From assembly GCA_965223515.1 (NCBI GenBank), contig CBDCWK010000001.1, positions 788,835 to 852,834 of the forward strand: a stretch of 64,000 nucleotides of DNA, in the 5' to 3' direction. The position numbers and the translations under genes were made by a program. The notes under the pieces were generated by a model, which had not been told where the DNA came from, searched no databases, and worked only from the letters and a program-made list of their open reading frames with translations. Shown piece after piece: positions 1 to 9,311 of the stretch (positions are counted from its first letter, which is position 1; the number at the start of each line of letters is the position of its first letter). This DNA is from Phototrophicaceae bacterium. GTDB taxonomy: Bacteria > Chloroflexota > Anaerolineae > Aggregatilineales > Phototrophicaceae.

Positions 1-432
1 CCGCCGGGCGATATGCCGGCGCGAATCATCGACTACTGCCGCCGGACGGGACAACCTGCCCCGGCGACTGACGCCGAAGTCATGGCGACCGTTTACGTCA
101 GCCTGGCATACAAATACCGCTACGTGCTCGAGCAACTCATCGAGGTGTCGGGTCGGGCTGTCGACCGTTTGCATATCATCGGCGGCGGCTCGCGCAATGC
201 GCTGCTCAATCAGATGACGGCGAACGCTATCGGGCGGCCCGTGATCGCTGGACCGGCTGAAGCCACCGCTACCGGCAACGCCATCGTGCAGCTGATCGCC
301 ATCGGCGAATTGAGCGGCGTTTCTGAAGCCCGCGCGTTGCTCAGCGAATCTGACGAAAACCGGCTCTACGAACCGCAAGATAGCGCCGCCTGGGATGAGC
401 ATTATGCGCGGTTTTGTAGCTTGCTGGGCTAG
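1..432 (+). CDS. rhaB: Rhamnulokinase (FGGY carbohydrate kinase), C-terminal part; the 5' end lies outside the window
   Basis: The ORF is open to the window edge. HIIGGGSRNALLNQMTANAIGRPVIAGPAEATATGNAIVQL matches the conserved C-terminal segment of RhaB/FGGY kinases. It sits directly upstream of a sugar ABC transporter. Confidence 0.8.
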   Translation, partial: PPGDMPARIIDYCRRTGQPAPATDAEVMATVYVSLAYKYRYVLEQLIEVSGRAVDRLHIIGGGSRNALLNQMTANAIGRPVIAGPAEATATGNAIVQLIAIGELSGVSEARALLSESDENRLYEPQDSAAWDEHYARFCSLLG

Positions 433-1998
433 GTGAACGAAATCGCCACATTGGGAGTCCAACACATGGCCGACGCCTTGCTTGAAATGCGGGGAATCGA
501 CAAGCGCTTTCCCGGCGTTCATGCCCTGAAGGACGCGCATTTTGATGTGCGGCGTGGCGAAGTGCATGCCTTGATCGGCGAGAATGGCGCTGGCAAATCC
601 ACCCTGATCAAGATCGTCTCCGGCGTCTACCAGCCCGATACGGGCGAGATTCTGCTTGATGGGCAGCGCGTCGAATTCAGCAACCCGCGCGAAGCCCATG
701 CCGCCGGCATCGCTACGATTTATCAAGAACTCGGCTTGTACCCTGAGCTTTCAGTGGCCGAGAATATCTTCATGGGTCACGCGCCGACTATGAAGCGCTT
801 CGGCTTTCATGCCATAGATTGGGAGGAGATGGAAGCGCAAGCAGCCGCCCTTCTGGCGGAGCTCAATATCCACGACCTTGATGTCGGCGCCAAAGTCGGC
901 ACGCTAAATGTCGGCAATCGTCAGCGCGTGGAGATTGCCAAAGCGCTCTCGCTTGATGCCCAAATCTTAATCATGGATGAGCCGACCGCCGCCCTGACCG
1001 AGAGCGATGTCGAGCAGCTTTTCAGCATCGTGCGGCTCTTGCGCGAGCGAGGCGTCAGCATCATTTACATCAGCCATCGCCTCAACGAAGTCTTTGAACT
1101 GGCCGACCGCGTAACCGTCCTGCGCGATGGCGAGTACATCGGTACGCAGGATGTCAAAGATACCAGCGAAGCCGAATTGATCAGCATGATGGTCGGGCGC
1201 ACTATCGAGAATCTCTTCCCGAAGCAGCCGGCCGAGATCGGCGAGGTCGTGCTCGATGTGCGCAATCTCAATCGGCCGCCACTGACCCGTGATATCTCCT
1301 TCACTGTGCGCGCCGGCGAGATCGTTGGCTTGGCCGGTTTGGTCGGCTCGGGCCGCAGCGAGACGGCACAGGTGATCTTCGGTGTCCTACCGGCAGAATC
1401 AGGCATGATCCTGCTCAATGGCGAAGAGGTCAAGATCAGCCGACCATCGGAAGCGGTGGATCATGGCATCGGTTACGTGCCGGAAGACCGTGGGCATCAG
1501 GGTCTGATCCGGGAAATGACCATTCGCGAAAATACTTCGATGGCGGTGCTGGAATCGGTATCGAACAAAACATTCATCAGCCGCGCCAAGGAGCGGGTGC
1601 TGGCCAATCATTCGATACAACAGTTGAGCATCCGCGCCACCGGTCCCGACCAAATCACCAACAAGCTCTCCGGCGGCAATCAACAGAAGGTGGTGGTCAG
1701 CAAATGGCTGGCGAGCAGCCCCCAGTTGCTGATCATGGACGAGCCGACGCGCGGCGTCGATGTCGGCGCAAAGTCTGAAATACATCGGCTGATGAGCCAG
1801 CTTGCGGCTGAAGAAGGCTTGGCCATATTGATGATCTCCAGCGAATTGCCCGAGATACTGGGCATGAGCGATCGCATTCTGGTCATGCGCGAGGGGCGCC
1901 TGGTAGGCCAATTCTCGCGCGAAGAAGCGACTCAAGAAATCATCGCCCACGCCATGATGAGCGAAGAAGTACGCCAAGCGGCCGGGGCCGGTCTATGA
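433..1998 (+). CDS. CUT2-type sugar ABC transporter ATP-binding protein with duplicated NBD
   Basis: Two Walker A motifs (GENGAGKST, GLVGSGRSE) and two signature motifs (NVGNRQRVEIA, LSGGNQQKVVV). GTG at 433 abuts the rhaB stop; an alternative ATG lies at 466. Confidence 0.9.
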   Translation: MNEIATLGVQHMADALLEMRGIDKRFPGVHALKDAHFDVRRGEVHALIGENGAGKSTLIKIVSGVYQPDTGEILLDGQRVEFSNPREAHAAGIATIYQELGLYPELSVAENIFMGHAPTMKRFGFHAIDWEEMEAQAAALLAELNIHDLDVGAKVGTLNVGNRQRVEIAKALSLDAQILIMDEPTAALTESDVEQLFSIVRLLRERGVSIIYISHRLNEVFELADRVTVLRDGEYIGTQDVKDTSEAELISMMVGRTIENLFPKQPAEIGEVVLDVRNLNRPPLTRDISFTVRAGEIVGLAGLVGSGRSETAQVIFGVLPAESGMILLNGEEVKISRPSEAVDHGIGYVPEDRGHQGLIREMTIRENTSMAVLESVSNKTFISRAKERVLANHSIQQLSIRATGPDQITNKLSGGNQQKVVVSKWLASSPQLLIMDEPTRGVDVGAKSEIHRLMSQLAAEEGLAILMISSELPEILGMSDRILVMREGRLVGQFSREEATQEIIAHAMMSEEVRQAAGAGL

Positions 1999-3392
1999 AC
2001 AAGCCAAAACGGACACCGCTTCCCCGCCGACCGCTGCACTTTATCGGTATCGCTCTGGCGCTCGTCATCATCGGCGCTTACTTCTTCTTGCCCTTCGTGG
2101 TTCAGCCGGAACGCGGACCTTCAACCGTGGATGTCTTGACCGAGAGCAAAAGCACCAACGAGCTTGGTCTGTTCAAAACCGGTCTGGAAGTCATCCCGCT
2201 GGCGGGCTTGGGCATTTTGCTGCTCGGCATTTGGAATGTAATTGTGCCAGCAGCCAGCCGCGCGATTTCGCTGCTGATGAGTGTGGCCGGCTTGCTTGCT
2301 GTCGTCTATTACATCAACTTCTTCCGCGTCTACGCCGCCGAGGAAGCGACTTTCATCGACAGCATGGACATCGCCTTTTGGATCATGCTGGTTGCCGGTG
2401 TGCTTGCCATTTTGCAAATCCTGATCCCGCGGGCGCTCCCGGACGAGCGCTATCGCATCGTGAAGCTCTACGGCAATCAAGAGAGCGTCATCCTCCTTGG
2501 CTTGCTGCTGCTGATATTTCTGGTCGGCATCGCCAATCCGCGCTTTCTGCAGGAGCGCAATCTCTCCGACATTTTGCAAGGCAACGCCTATATCGCGGTG
2601 GCGGCGCTGGGCATGACCATGGTGATCGTCACCGGCAATATCGATATTTCGGTCGGCTCGCTGGTGGGCTTGCTGGCGGTGATTAGCGGACGACTGGTCG
2701 TATCCGGCGTGCCGGCGCCACTTGCCTGGCTGGCGCCGCTGATCGTGGGCGCGGGTTTCGGCGCCTTTATCGGCTTTCTGGTCGCTTACCTAAGAATACC
2801 CTCGATTGTCGTAACGCTGGGTATGTTGAGCATCATCAAAGGTATCTTGATCATCTGGGCGGGTGGCGACCGCGTACGGGACATGCCGGACGGCTACTTC
2901 CTCTCGCAGATGCGCCCCCTGGGGATTCCAATGCCCATTATCATCATGGTGGTGCTGACGATTGGGGTAGTCTTATGGATGCGCTATAGCGCCACCGGGC
3001 GGGCCTTCTATGCCTTGGGCGGCAATGCGGAGGCGGCGCGGCTTTCCGGCTTATCCCAGCGGCGCCTGCTGATGACCGTTTTCATTCTTAACGGCGTGTT
3101 CGTCGGCATCGCGAGCGTGATGTATTCGACGCAATTCAACATCATTCAAGCGACCCCACCGCCGGCACTCGAGCTGTCAGTGATCACGGCATCGGTGGTT
3201 GGCGGCGTGAGCATCCTGGGCGGGACGGGCACGGCAATCGGCTCGACGATGGCTACCCTGCTGCTGAACTTCATCCGCTCGGCAATGATTTTCATCAATG
3301 TCTCGCCCTTCTGGCTCAAGGCGGTGCAGGGCTTGCTGATCCTCGTGACGGTCCTGGCGGACTTAATACGCCGACGGCGGCAAAGGCTGTAG
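1995..3392 (+). CDS. CUT2 sugar ABC transporter permease with about 160 extra N-terminal residues (about 4 extra hydrophobic segments)
   Basis: ATGA start/stop overlap with the ATPase gene. The C-terminal ~300 aa look like an RbsC/RhaP-type permease. The N-terminal extension is hydrophobic. Confidence 0.85.
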   Translation: MNKPKRTPLPRRPLHFIGIALALVIIGAYFFLPFVVQPERGPSTVDVLTESKSTNELGLFKTGLEVIPLAGLGILLLGIWNVIVPAASRAISLLMSVAGLLAVVYYINFFRVYAAEEATFIDSMDIAFWIMLVAGVLAILQILIPRALPDERYRIVKLYGNQESVILLGLLLLIFLVGIANPRFLQERNLSDILQGNAYIAVAALGMTMVIVTGNIDISVGSLVGLLAVISGRLVVSGVPAPLAWLAPLIVGAGFGAFIGFLVAYLRIPSIVVTLGMLSIIKGILIIWAGGDRVRDMPDGYFLSQMRPLGIPMPIIIMVVLTIGVVLWMRYSATGRAFYALGGNAEAARLSGLSQRRLLMTVFILNGVFVGIASVMYSTQFNIIQATPPPALELSVITASVVGGVSILGGTGTAIGSTMATLLLNFIRSAMIFINVSPFWLKAVQGLLILVTVLADLIRRRRQRL

Positions 3393-3396
3393 GAGA

Positions 3397-4398
3397 ATGG
3401 CTAGCGTGCAAATGGAGAAATCCACTCCGCGGAACCCAAGGCCCGGCGAAAAGCTGCGCCGCCTCCTCATCAGTCAAGAAGGCGTCCTCTTCGTCATCAT
3501 GCTGGTATCGGTGCTATTCCTGGCGACGCGTACTGACAAGTTCCTGACCATCGACAACCTCTTGCAGCAGGGTCGCTTTATGACCGAGGTCGGCTTGATC
3601 GCCATTCCGATGACTTACATCATAATCACCGGCGGCATCGACCTTTCAGTCGGCTCAATCCTGGGCTTGACTGCCATCGTACTCGGCTGGACCTGGCAGG
3701 AGCTGGGTTTCCCGCTTGAACTGGCGATCATCACCGGCATCCTCAGCGGCACGCTCGCCGGTTTCGTCAATGGCCTGTTCATCGTTCGGGTCGGCGTGCC
3801 GCCGCTGATTATGACGCTGGCAACGCTGGCGCTCTACCGCGGCTTGGCGGAGGGCATCAGCGAGGCGCGCTCGGCACGCGGCTACCCGGAATGGTTTTTC
3901 GAATTGGGGCAAGGCGAGTTTCTGGGCATCCCAACGCAGCTCTGGCTGCTGATTATCGCCGTGATTATTTTCGGCATCGTTCTGGCGCGGACGCGGCTGG
4001 GGCGCGCGCTCTACGCCATCGGCAACAACGAGACTGGCGCTCGCTTCAGTGGGCTGACGGTCAATCGCCATCTGCTTTTCATCTATACCTTTTCCGGTTT
4101 CATGTCCGGGGTTGCTGGTTATATATTCGTCTCTCGCGTGAGCACAACCCGCTCGGACATGGGCACGGGCATGGAGCTTGATGTGATCGCTGCTGTGGTG
4201 CTGGGCGGGACGAGCATCTTCGGCGGCACCGGCTCCATCCCGGGTACGATCGTTGGCGTGGTACTGATTCAATTGCTGAAGAATGGTTTGACGCTGTCTG
4301 GCGTCACCAGCGATGCAACAATTGTGGTTATCGGCAGCGTACTCATATTTGCTATACTGGTGAATAATTTCATCCAGAGCAGGAGAAGCGAGAGTTAG
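3397..4398 (+). CDS. CUT2 sugar ABC transporter permease
   Basis: RbsC-family pattern (ITGGIDLSVGS, multi-TM). Second permease of the operon. Confidence 0.9.
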   Translation: MASVQMEKSTPRNPRPGEKLRRLLISQEGVLFVIMLVSVLFLATRTDKFLTIDNLLQQGRFMTEVGLIAIPMTYIIITGGIDLSVGSILGLTAIVLGWTWQELGFPLELAIITGILSGTLAGFVNGLFIVRVGVPPLIMTLATLALYRGLAEGISEARSARGYPEWFFELGQGEFLGIPTQLWLLIIAVIIFGIVLARTRLGRALYAIGNNETGARFSGLTVNRHLLFIYTFSGFMSGVAGYIFVSRVSTTRSDMGTGMELDVIAAVVLGGTSIFGGTGSIPGTIVGVVLIQLLKNGLTLSGVTSDATIVVIGSVLIFAILVNNFIQSRRSES

Positions 4399-4422
4399 GT
4401 TTGCCCCTAGCCTTTCCGCTAA

Positions 4423-4450
4423 TGTAGGGGCGATCCGGTGGATCACCCAC
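4423..4450. repeat. REP-like palindromic element, family A (TGTAGGGGCGAyC..GrTCrCCC)
   Basis: tgtaggggcgatccggtggatcacccac; the same core recurs at 5763, 5809, 23167, 39395, 58851 and 58900. Confidence 0.7.
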
Positions 4451-4588
4451 GCGACGAGCTACAACCTTGCCTGATTCTACCCGTCCAGGGGCTGGGGTTG
4501 GCGGAAACTTGAAAGGAGGTGCCACACGAAAAGCAGCGAGCGCATTTCTCAATTCCCTTTACCCGTCTAGTTTTATGGAGACCAAATC

Positions 4589-5737
4589 ATGAAGAAGACA
4601 TTCGCACTAACCCTGATCCTGGCGCTGCTCTTGGCGCTGGTCAGCATGCCGCTCAGCGCGCAAGACCGCTGGGATGGCGCCGACGACATCGATGTCAATC
4701 CGCTCGCCTGTGGCATGGCCGATGAGATGATGGACGACGACGGCGACGACATGGAAGAAGAGATGGAAATGATGGAATACGATGGCGGCATGGTAGCCAT
4801 GGGCGATGACATGGCTGGCATGGACATCACGCTGGTGGATGTGCCCAAGTTGGTTGGTATCGGTTACTTCGCTGCCACCACGCTGGGTCAGCAGCAAGCC
4901 GCCGAAGAACTGGGCAACGTCTCAGTCACCACCGACGCGCCGACCGAAGCCAATATCGACGACCAGATTCAGGTCATCGACACGTACATCACAGCGGGCG
5001 TGGACGGCATCCTCTTCGCCGCCAACGACCCGGTCGCCATCGCGCCAGTATTGCGCAAGGCACTGGAAGCCGGCGTCCACGTTGTTGGCTATGACGCCAA
5101 TAGCGAGCCCGACGCACGCGAATGGTTCGTCAATCAGGCCGAATTCAACGGTATCGCCAAGGCGCTTGTCGACAGCCTGGCCGACCAGATGGGCGAAGAT
5201 GCTTCCTTCGGCATCGTTACCTCGACCTTCACCACGCCGAATCAGGCGCGTTGGATCGCCGAGATGTGGGCTTACGCCAGCGAATGCTATCCCGATTTGA
5301 ATTGGATGGAAACGCTCGAAGCGCAAGAAGATGCGGTACTGAGCTTCCAACAAGCGCAGACGCTTATCAACAAATACGGCGAAGACCTGGATGGCATCTT
5401 TGCCATGACTTCGGTCGCCACGCCCAACAGCGCCGATGCGGTGCAGCAAGCGGGCCTGTGTGAGGATATCGCGGTAGTTGGTCTGGCAACGCCTAATGGT
5501 ATGAAGCCCTACGTCAATGACGGCTGCGTCCGCGATGTCATCCTTTGGAATCCGGTTGACCTCGGTTATGCCGCGGTCTATGTCATGCGCGCGGTGGTCG
5601 ATGGCGAGTTCCAGCCCGGCGATAGTTCCGTCTCGGCGGGGCGCCTGGGCGACCTGACGGTTGTCAACGGCAGCGAAGTCCTGCTTGGCCCACCCTTCGC
5701 TTTCACGGCGGAAAACATCAACGACTTCGACTTCTAG
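4589..5737 (+). CDS. Type I periplasmic-binding-fold sugar-binding protein (RhaS/LsrB-like) with a Met/Asp/Glu-rich insert after the signal peptide
   Basis: Signal peptide MKKTFALTLILALLLALVSMPLSA. The mature part shows a PBP1 sugar-binding pattern (VGIGYF..., ILFAANDP, VVGYDAN). It is the last gene of the ABC operon. Confidence 0.85.
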   Translation: MKKTFALTLILALLLALVSMPLSAQDRWDGADDIDVNPLACGMADEMMDDDGDDMEEEMEMMEYDGGMVAMGDDMAGMDITLVDVPKLVGIGYFAATTLGQQQAAEELGNVSVTTDAPTEANIDDQIQVIDTYITAGVDGILFAANDPVAIAPVLRKALEAGVHVVGYDANSEPDAREWFVNQAEFNGIAKALVDSLADQMGEDASFGIVTSTFTTPNQARWIAEMWAYASECYPDLNWMETLEAQEDAVLSFQQAQTLINKYGEDLDGIFAMTSVATPNSADAVQQAGLCEDIAVVGLATPNGMKPYVNDGCVRDVILWNPVDLGYAAVYVMRAVVDGEFQPGDSSVSAGRLGDLTVVNGSEVLLGPPFAFTAENINDFDF

Positions 5738-5762
5738 GCTAACCCGTCTTAAGGTTTGAACA

Positions 5763-5834
5763 TGTAGGGGCGACCCGGTGGGTCGCCTTCTCACCGCATT
5801 TCACCAACGGGTCAGCCACCGGCTGACCCCTACA
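5763..5834. repeat. Two family-A REP-like elements in inverted orientation
   Basis: tgtaggggcgacccggtgggtcgcc (5763-5787) and gggtcagccaccggctgacccctaca (5809-5834). Confidence 0.7.
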
Positions 5835-5865
5835 CTTTTCCTTATCTGAGGGTGACTCACACATC

Positions 5866-6636
5866 ATGACCAACGCGCTCGACAGCCTGATTCAGATGAC
5901 CCGCGCCCTGGGCGAGCCAAGCATGGACTACGTCATCATCGGCGAGGGCAATACCTCGATGCGGCTCGATGACGACAGCTTCTTCGTCAAGGCAAGCGGT
6001 CATCAGATGCACGGCATCGGCGAGAGCGGTTTCGTCGCCGTTCGTTTCGCGCCCATGCTGGCCATGCTGGATGACCCTCCGCCTACGCTAAGCGAGCAAA
6101 AGGCAATTACAGAGACAGCAAAGGTGGATCCATCCGACGAGCGCCGCCCCTCCGTCGAAGCCAGCTTCCACGCCATGCTGCTGCGCGAGTGCGACGTCAG
6201 GATCATCGGACACACCCACCCCACTGCCATCAATCAGGTGATGTGCAGCGAATACGCGGCCGACTTCGCCCGCCAGCGGCGCTTCCCCGATGAAGTCGTA
6301 CTCTGTGGTCCGCAATCCGCCCTGGTGCCCTATGCCGATCCGGGACTGCCGCTGGCGCTGGTCATGCGCGACCGGGTGCGAACCTACATGACGGAACATG
6401 GCGAAGCGCCAAAGCTAATCCTGCTGGAGAATCACGGTATGATCGCCCTCGGTGACACGCCTGCCGAAATCCTCAAAATTACTGCGATGGCGGTCAAGGC
6501 GGCGAGAATCTACCTCGGCGCCTTGATGACCGGCAAACCAACCCGGCTGCCCGCCGACGAAGTCTGGCATCTCTATCGGCGACCGGACGAGATTTACCGA
6601 CGAAAGCTCTTTGTCGAAGACGCCTCCAACAGCTAG
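5866..6636 (+). CDS. Class II aldolase/adducin-family protein, possibly rhamnulose-1-phosphate aldolase-type
   Basis: The GHTHPTAIN His-motif region and overall length fit class II aldolases. The context is next to rhaB and the transporter. Confidence 0.7.
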   Translation: MTNALDSLIQMTRALGEPSMDYVIIGEGNTSMRLDDDSFFVKASGHQMHGIGESGFVAVRFAPMLAMLDDPPPTLSEQKAITETAKVDPSDERRPSVEASFHAMLLRECDVRIIGHTHPTAINQVMCSEYAADFARQRRFPDEVVLCGPQSALVPYADPGLPLALVMRDRVRTYMTEHGEAPKLILLENHGMIALGDTPAEILKITAMAVKAARIYLGALMTGKPTRLPADEVWHLYRRPDEIYRRKLFVEDASNS

Positions 6637-6678
6637 AATAACGCTCACTATTCGCCTCACCCATCTGGAGAGAAACTG

Positions 6679-7059
6679 ATGCCCACGAACGGCGCCTTGA
6701 CTTGGTATATCCCCGATGCCTATTTGGCGACACCGGCGGACGCTGACCCGATCAACAAGAACCACGAATCCATCTGTATCCTCAACGTCACGTCTGACGA
6801 TGCCAATGTCTTACTCGACTTTTACTTTGAAGATCGTGAAGCGGTTGAAGGAATTGCCATAACGGTGCCGGCCAAGCGCTGCCCGCACGTCCGCCTGGAC
6901 AAGCCGGAGCAGCTTGGCGGTTACCAGATTCCCTTTGATGTGCCCTACGGCGTGCGCCTGCGCAGCGATGTGCCGATTGTGGTGCAGTACTCGCGCATGT
7001 ATGCCAGCGGCGGGCAGATCGACAGTTTGATCACGACGATCGCCTACCCGGTGGAGTGA
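6679..7059 (+). CDS. Sensory rhodopsin transducer (ASRT) family protein
   Basis: 126 aa. The blocks NHESICILN, ITVPAKRCPHVRL, SDVPIVVQYSR and LITTIAY line up with my recollection of Anabaena ASRT (SHETVCILN, LTVPARRTKHVRF, SNVPIVVQHTR, LLSTIAY). Confidence 0.75.
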   Translation: MPTNGALTWYIPDAYLATPADADPINKNHESICILNVTSDDANVLLDFYFEDREAVEGIAITVPAKRCPHVRLDKPEQLGGYQIPFDVPYGVRLRSDVPIVVQYSRMYASGGQIDSLITTIAYPVE

Positions 7060-7117
7060 GACGCCAGCCGGTCCGGCTAGAGGTCGGAAAGCTAATCTTA
7101 TACGGGGAGAACAGAGA

Positions 7118-7840
7118 ATGAAAAGCATCAAAGCTATTTTGGTCGCCATGATCTTGGTGGCGGCGCAATTGGCGCAGGGTCAGACGCAGCTGTGCGTCAA
7201 AACAGCGAGGGGCGCAAATTTTCGGAGTTCGCCACAAGTATCCGCTAGCAACAAGATAGGCGTGATACCGCGAGGCAGTACTATCACCTACACAGAATCC
7301 GAACGGGCGGGCGGTTGGTATTGGCGCGAAGTCACCCACGATGGGCAAACAGGCTGGGTGGCGCATACGCCTAGCATATCGGTGGGCGCTTGTGTAACCG
7401 CGACTCCTATGATTGCGGGCAACCAGCAAGACCAAACAGCTGGGCAGCAGAGTCAAAGCGGCGAGGCTGACAACATGTGCTTTTTAGGCTGGTCTTGCAA
7501 TACGCCGGAAATGTGGCAAAGGGGCTATCAAGCCTATATTGACCATTACGCGCCGAACGCCCCCGATGGCCGCGGAGGTGTCATCGACACCACGCCCCAC
7601 GGCGGCTTGAAGTTTGCCGACGGGACGATAAAGTTTCCGCCTGGTTGCGGTGAGACTTGGAGATATGACGGCGTCTATGTAGCCGCGGTTAGCGCCCTAT
7701 GCACACGACCGGAAAAGCTACACGACCCGATTCCGCCATCATGGCTAGGCAACGGCTGCTATGTCAGCTCCAGGTCGGCATATTACTCGCAGTGGCGCGC
7801 CGAGTGGATTGCACGGACATACTATCGCTGCGGCTACTGA
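7118..7840 (+). CDS. Secreted protein with a bacterial SH3-like domain and a Cys/Trp/Tyr-rich C-terminal region, function unknown
   Basis: Signal peptide MKSIKAILVAMILVAAQLAQG. SH3b-like pattern GANFRSSP...IGVIPRGSTITY...GWYWREV...GQTGWVA. Confidence 0.55.
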   Translation: MKSIKAILVAMILVAAQLAQGQTQLCVKTARGANFRSSPQVSASNKIGVIPRGSTITYTESERAGGWYWREVTHDGQTGWVAHTPSISVGACVTATPMIAGNQQDQTAGQQSQSGEADNMCFLGWSCNTPEMWQRGYQAYIDHYAPNAPDGRGGVIDTTPHGGLKFADGTIKFPPGCGETWRYDGVYVAAVSALCTRPEKLHDPIPPSWLGNGCYVSSRSAYYSQWRAEWIARTYYRCGY

Positions 7841-8104
7841 CGCAGCCAAAAGAGGGTTAGGCGGCGGGCGCTAGCTCAACCGGGCAGTCGAGACCGTTTC
7901 CGTCCCGGCGAAAGCGCCGGCCTCGTTGGCCCTCAGCGCGTAGGTGATAGTGTAGCTGATTTCGCGCCCATCGACGGGCATTGGCGCGATACGGTTGGCT
8001 CTGCCGACGTATTCGAGCGACCAGAGGCCAGCGCGCCCCTGACGGCCGCGGTGGCATCATGGACCGCGGATAGCAGCAGAAGCAATGCGAAACATTACGC
8101 AGCC

Positions 8105-8134
8105 GCATACGATGACCGAAGGGTCATCGTATGC
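8105..8134. terminator. Perfect 13-bp stem / 4-nt loop hairpin between convergent genes; possible bidirectional terminator or REP
   Basis: gcatacgatgacc-gaag-ggtcatcgtatgc. There is no clear U-tract. Confidence 0.35.
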
Positions 8135-8239
8135 GCCAAGTACGAGCAGATTTTGTAGGGGTGTTGCTTGGAATCGCCTGTTCATATCAGTTTATTCGCT
8201 ACCGGCGATTCACAGAATCACCCCCGCAGATGCAGAGAA

Positions 8240-9295
8240 TTAGAGCAGCACCTCGCGGCCCGTCTTCTGGCTCTCATAGATCGCGTTGAGGATCTTCATC
8301 ACCTGCAGCGACTGCTCGGCCGGGACCGGCGAAGGCGCGCCATCGACGATCGCCTGCGCGAACTCGACACACTCTTGCGCGTGCGGCTCGGAGATATTCT
8401 GGGTCAGTTTCAGTTTGCGATTGTACAACTGCATGCCGTCGTAATTCGTATCATAAACTTCGCATTTGGGCCAGTGCGAGCCGCCCCCCGTACCGTAGAG
8501 CCACATCTGCATATCTTCGCCATCAATGTCATGATGCAGCAGCCAGGAGATTTCGAATACCAGCGTCGCGCCCGTTTCGAAGCGGACGAAAGCCATCGCC
8601 ATCTCTTCGACATCCATCCCCTCCGGTATACGTCCGTGCCGCGGCCAGCGGCCAAAAGCCTGAGGGTTGCTGGCAAGTTCTCTGCGCGCGACGCCCGTAA
8701 CCGAGACCGGTTCGGGATTGCCCATCATCCAAAGGGTCAAGTCGAGCACATGTACACCAATATCGATACAAGCGCCGCCGCCACTGTGCTTGCTGGACAG
8801 GAAGGCGAGGCTTGTAGGGATGCCAGCGCGGCGCAGCATCCAACTGCGGGCATGATATATGTCGCCGAGCGCGCCCGCATCGATTTCCGCCTTCAGCGCC
8901 TTGGAGCTGCCGGCAAAGCGGAAGTGCTGCGCGGTCATCAGCAATTTGCCGCTTTTATCGCGCGCTTCAATCATGCGCTGCACATCGCCGGGCGTGGGCG
9001 CCAGCGGCTTTTCGCAGATGACGTGCTTGCCCGCTTCCAGCGCGGCGATGCTAAGATCAGCATGATACATATTGGGCGTGCAGACATCGATGATATCGAT
9101 ATCGGGATCGTTGATTACGGCGGCGCTATCGCTTTCGAGGCGGCCGACATCCCAGTCCGCGCCCCAGCGTTCCAGCGCCTCGGGTACCAGATCCGCGCCG
9201 GCGATGACCTCGGCATGGGGCGAAGCCGCCCAACCCGGCATATGCGTCCGCGCGATCCCGCCGACACCGATGACACCCACTTTCAAAGTACTCAT
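8240..9295 (-). CDS. Gfo/Idh/MocA family NAD(P)-dependent oxidoreductase
   Basis: N-terminal Rossmann motif KVGVIGVGGIARTH and EKPLA motif. Confidence 0.9.
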   Translation of the reverse strand: MSTLKVGVIGVGGIARTHMPGWAASPHAEVIAGADLVPEALERWGADWDVGRLESDSAAVINDPDIDIIDVCTPNMYHADLSIAALEAGKHVICEKPLAPTPGDVQRMIEARDKSGKLLMTAQHFRFAGSSKALKAEIDAGALGDIYHARSWMLRRAGIPTSLAFLSSKHSGGGACIDIGVHVLDLTLWMMGNPEPVSVTGVARRELASNPQAFGRWPRHGRIPEGMDVEEMAMAFVRFETGATLVFEISWLLHHDIDGEDMQMWLYGTGGGSHWPKCEVYDTNYDGMQLYNRKLKLTQNISEPHAQECVEFAQAIVDGAPSPVPAEQSLQVMKILNAIYESQKTGREVLL

Positions 9296-9311
9296 GTTCT
9301 TTTGCTCCTTC

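Noticed and set aside
7857-8108. 83-aa minus-strand ORF in the 400-nt gap after the SH3 gene
   Set aside because: It is an Arg-rich, low-complexity translation. A different minus frame gives a more protein-like stretch (LEYVGRANRIAPMPVDGREISYTITYALRANEAGAFAGTETVSTARLS*), so the region may be a gene remnant. I cannot support any call.
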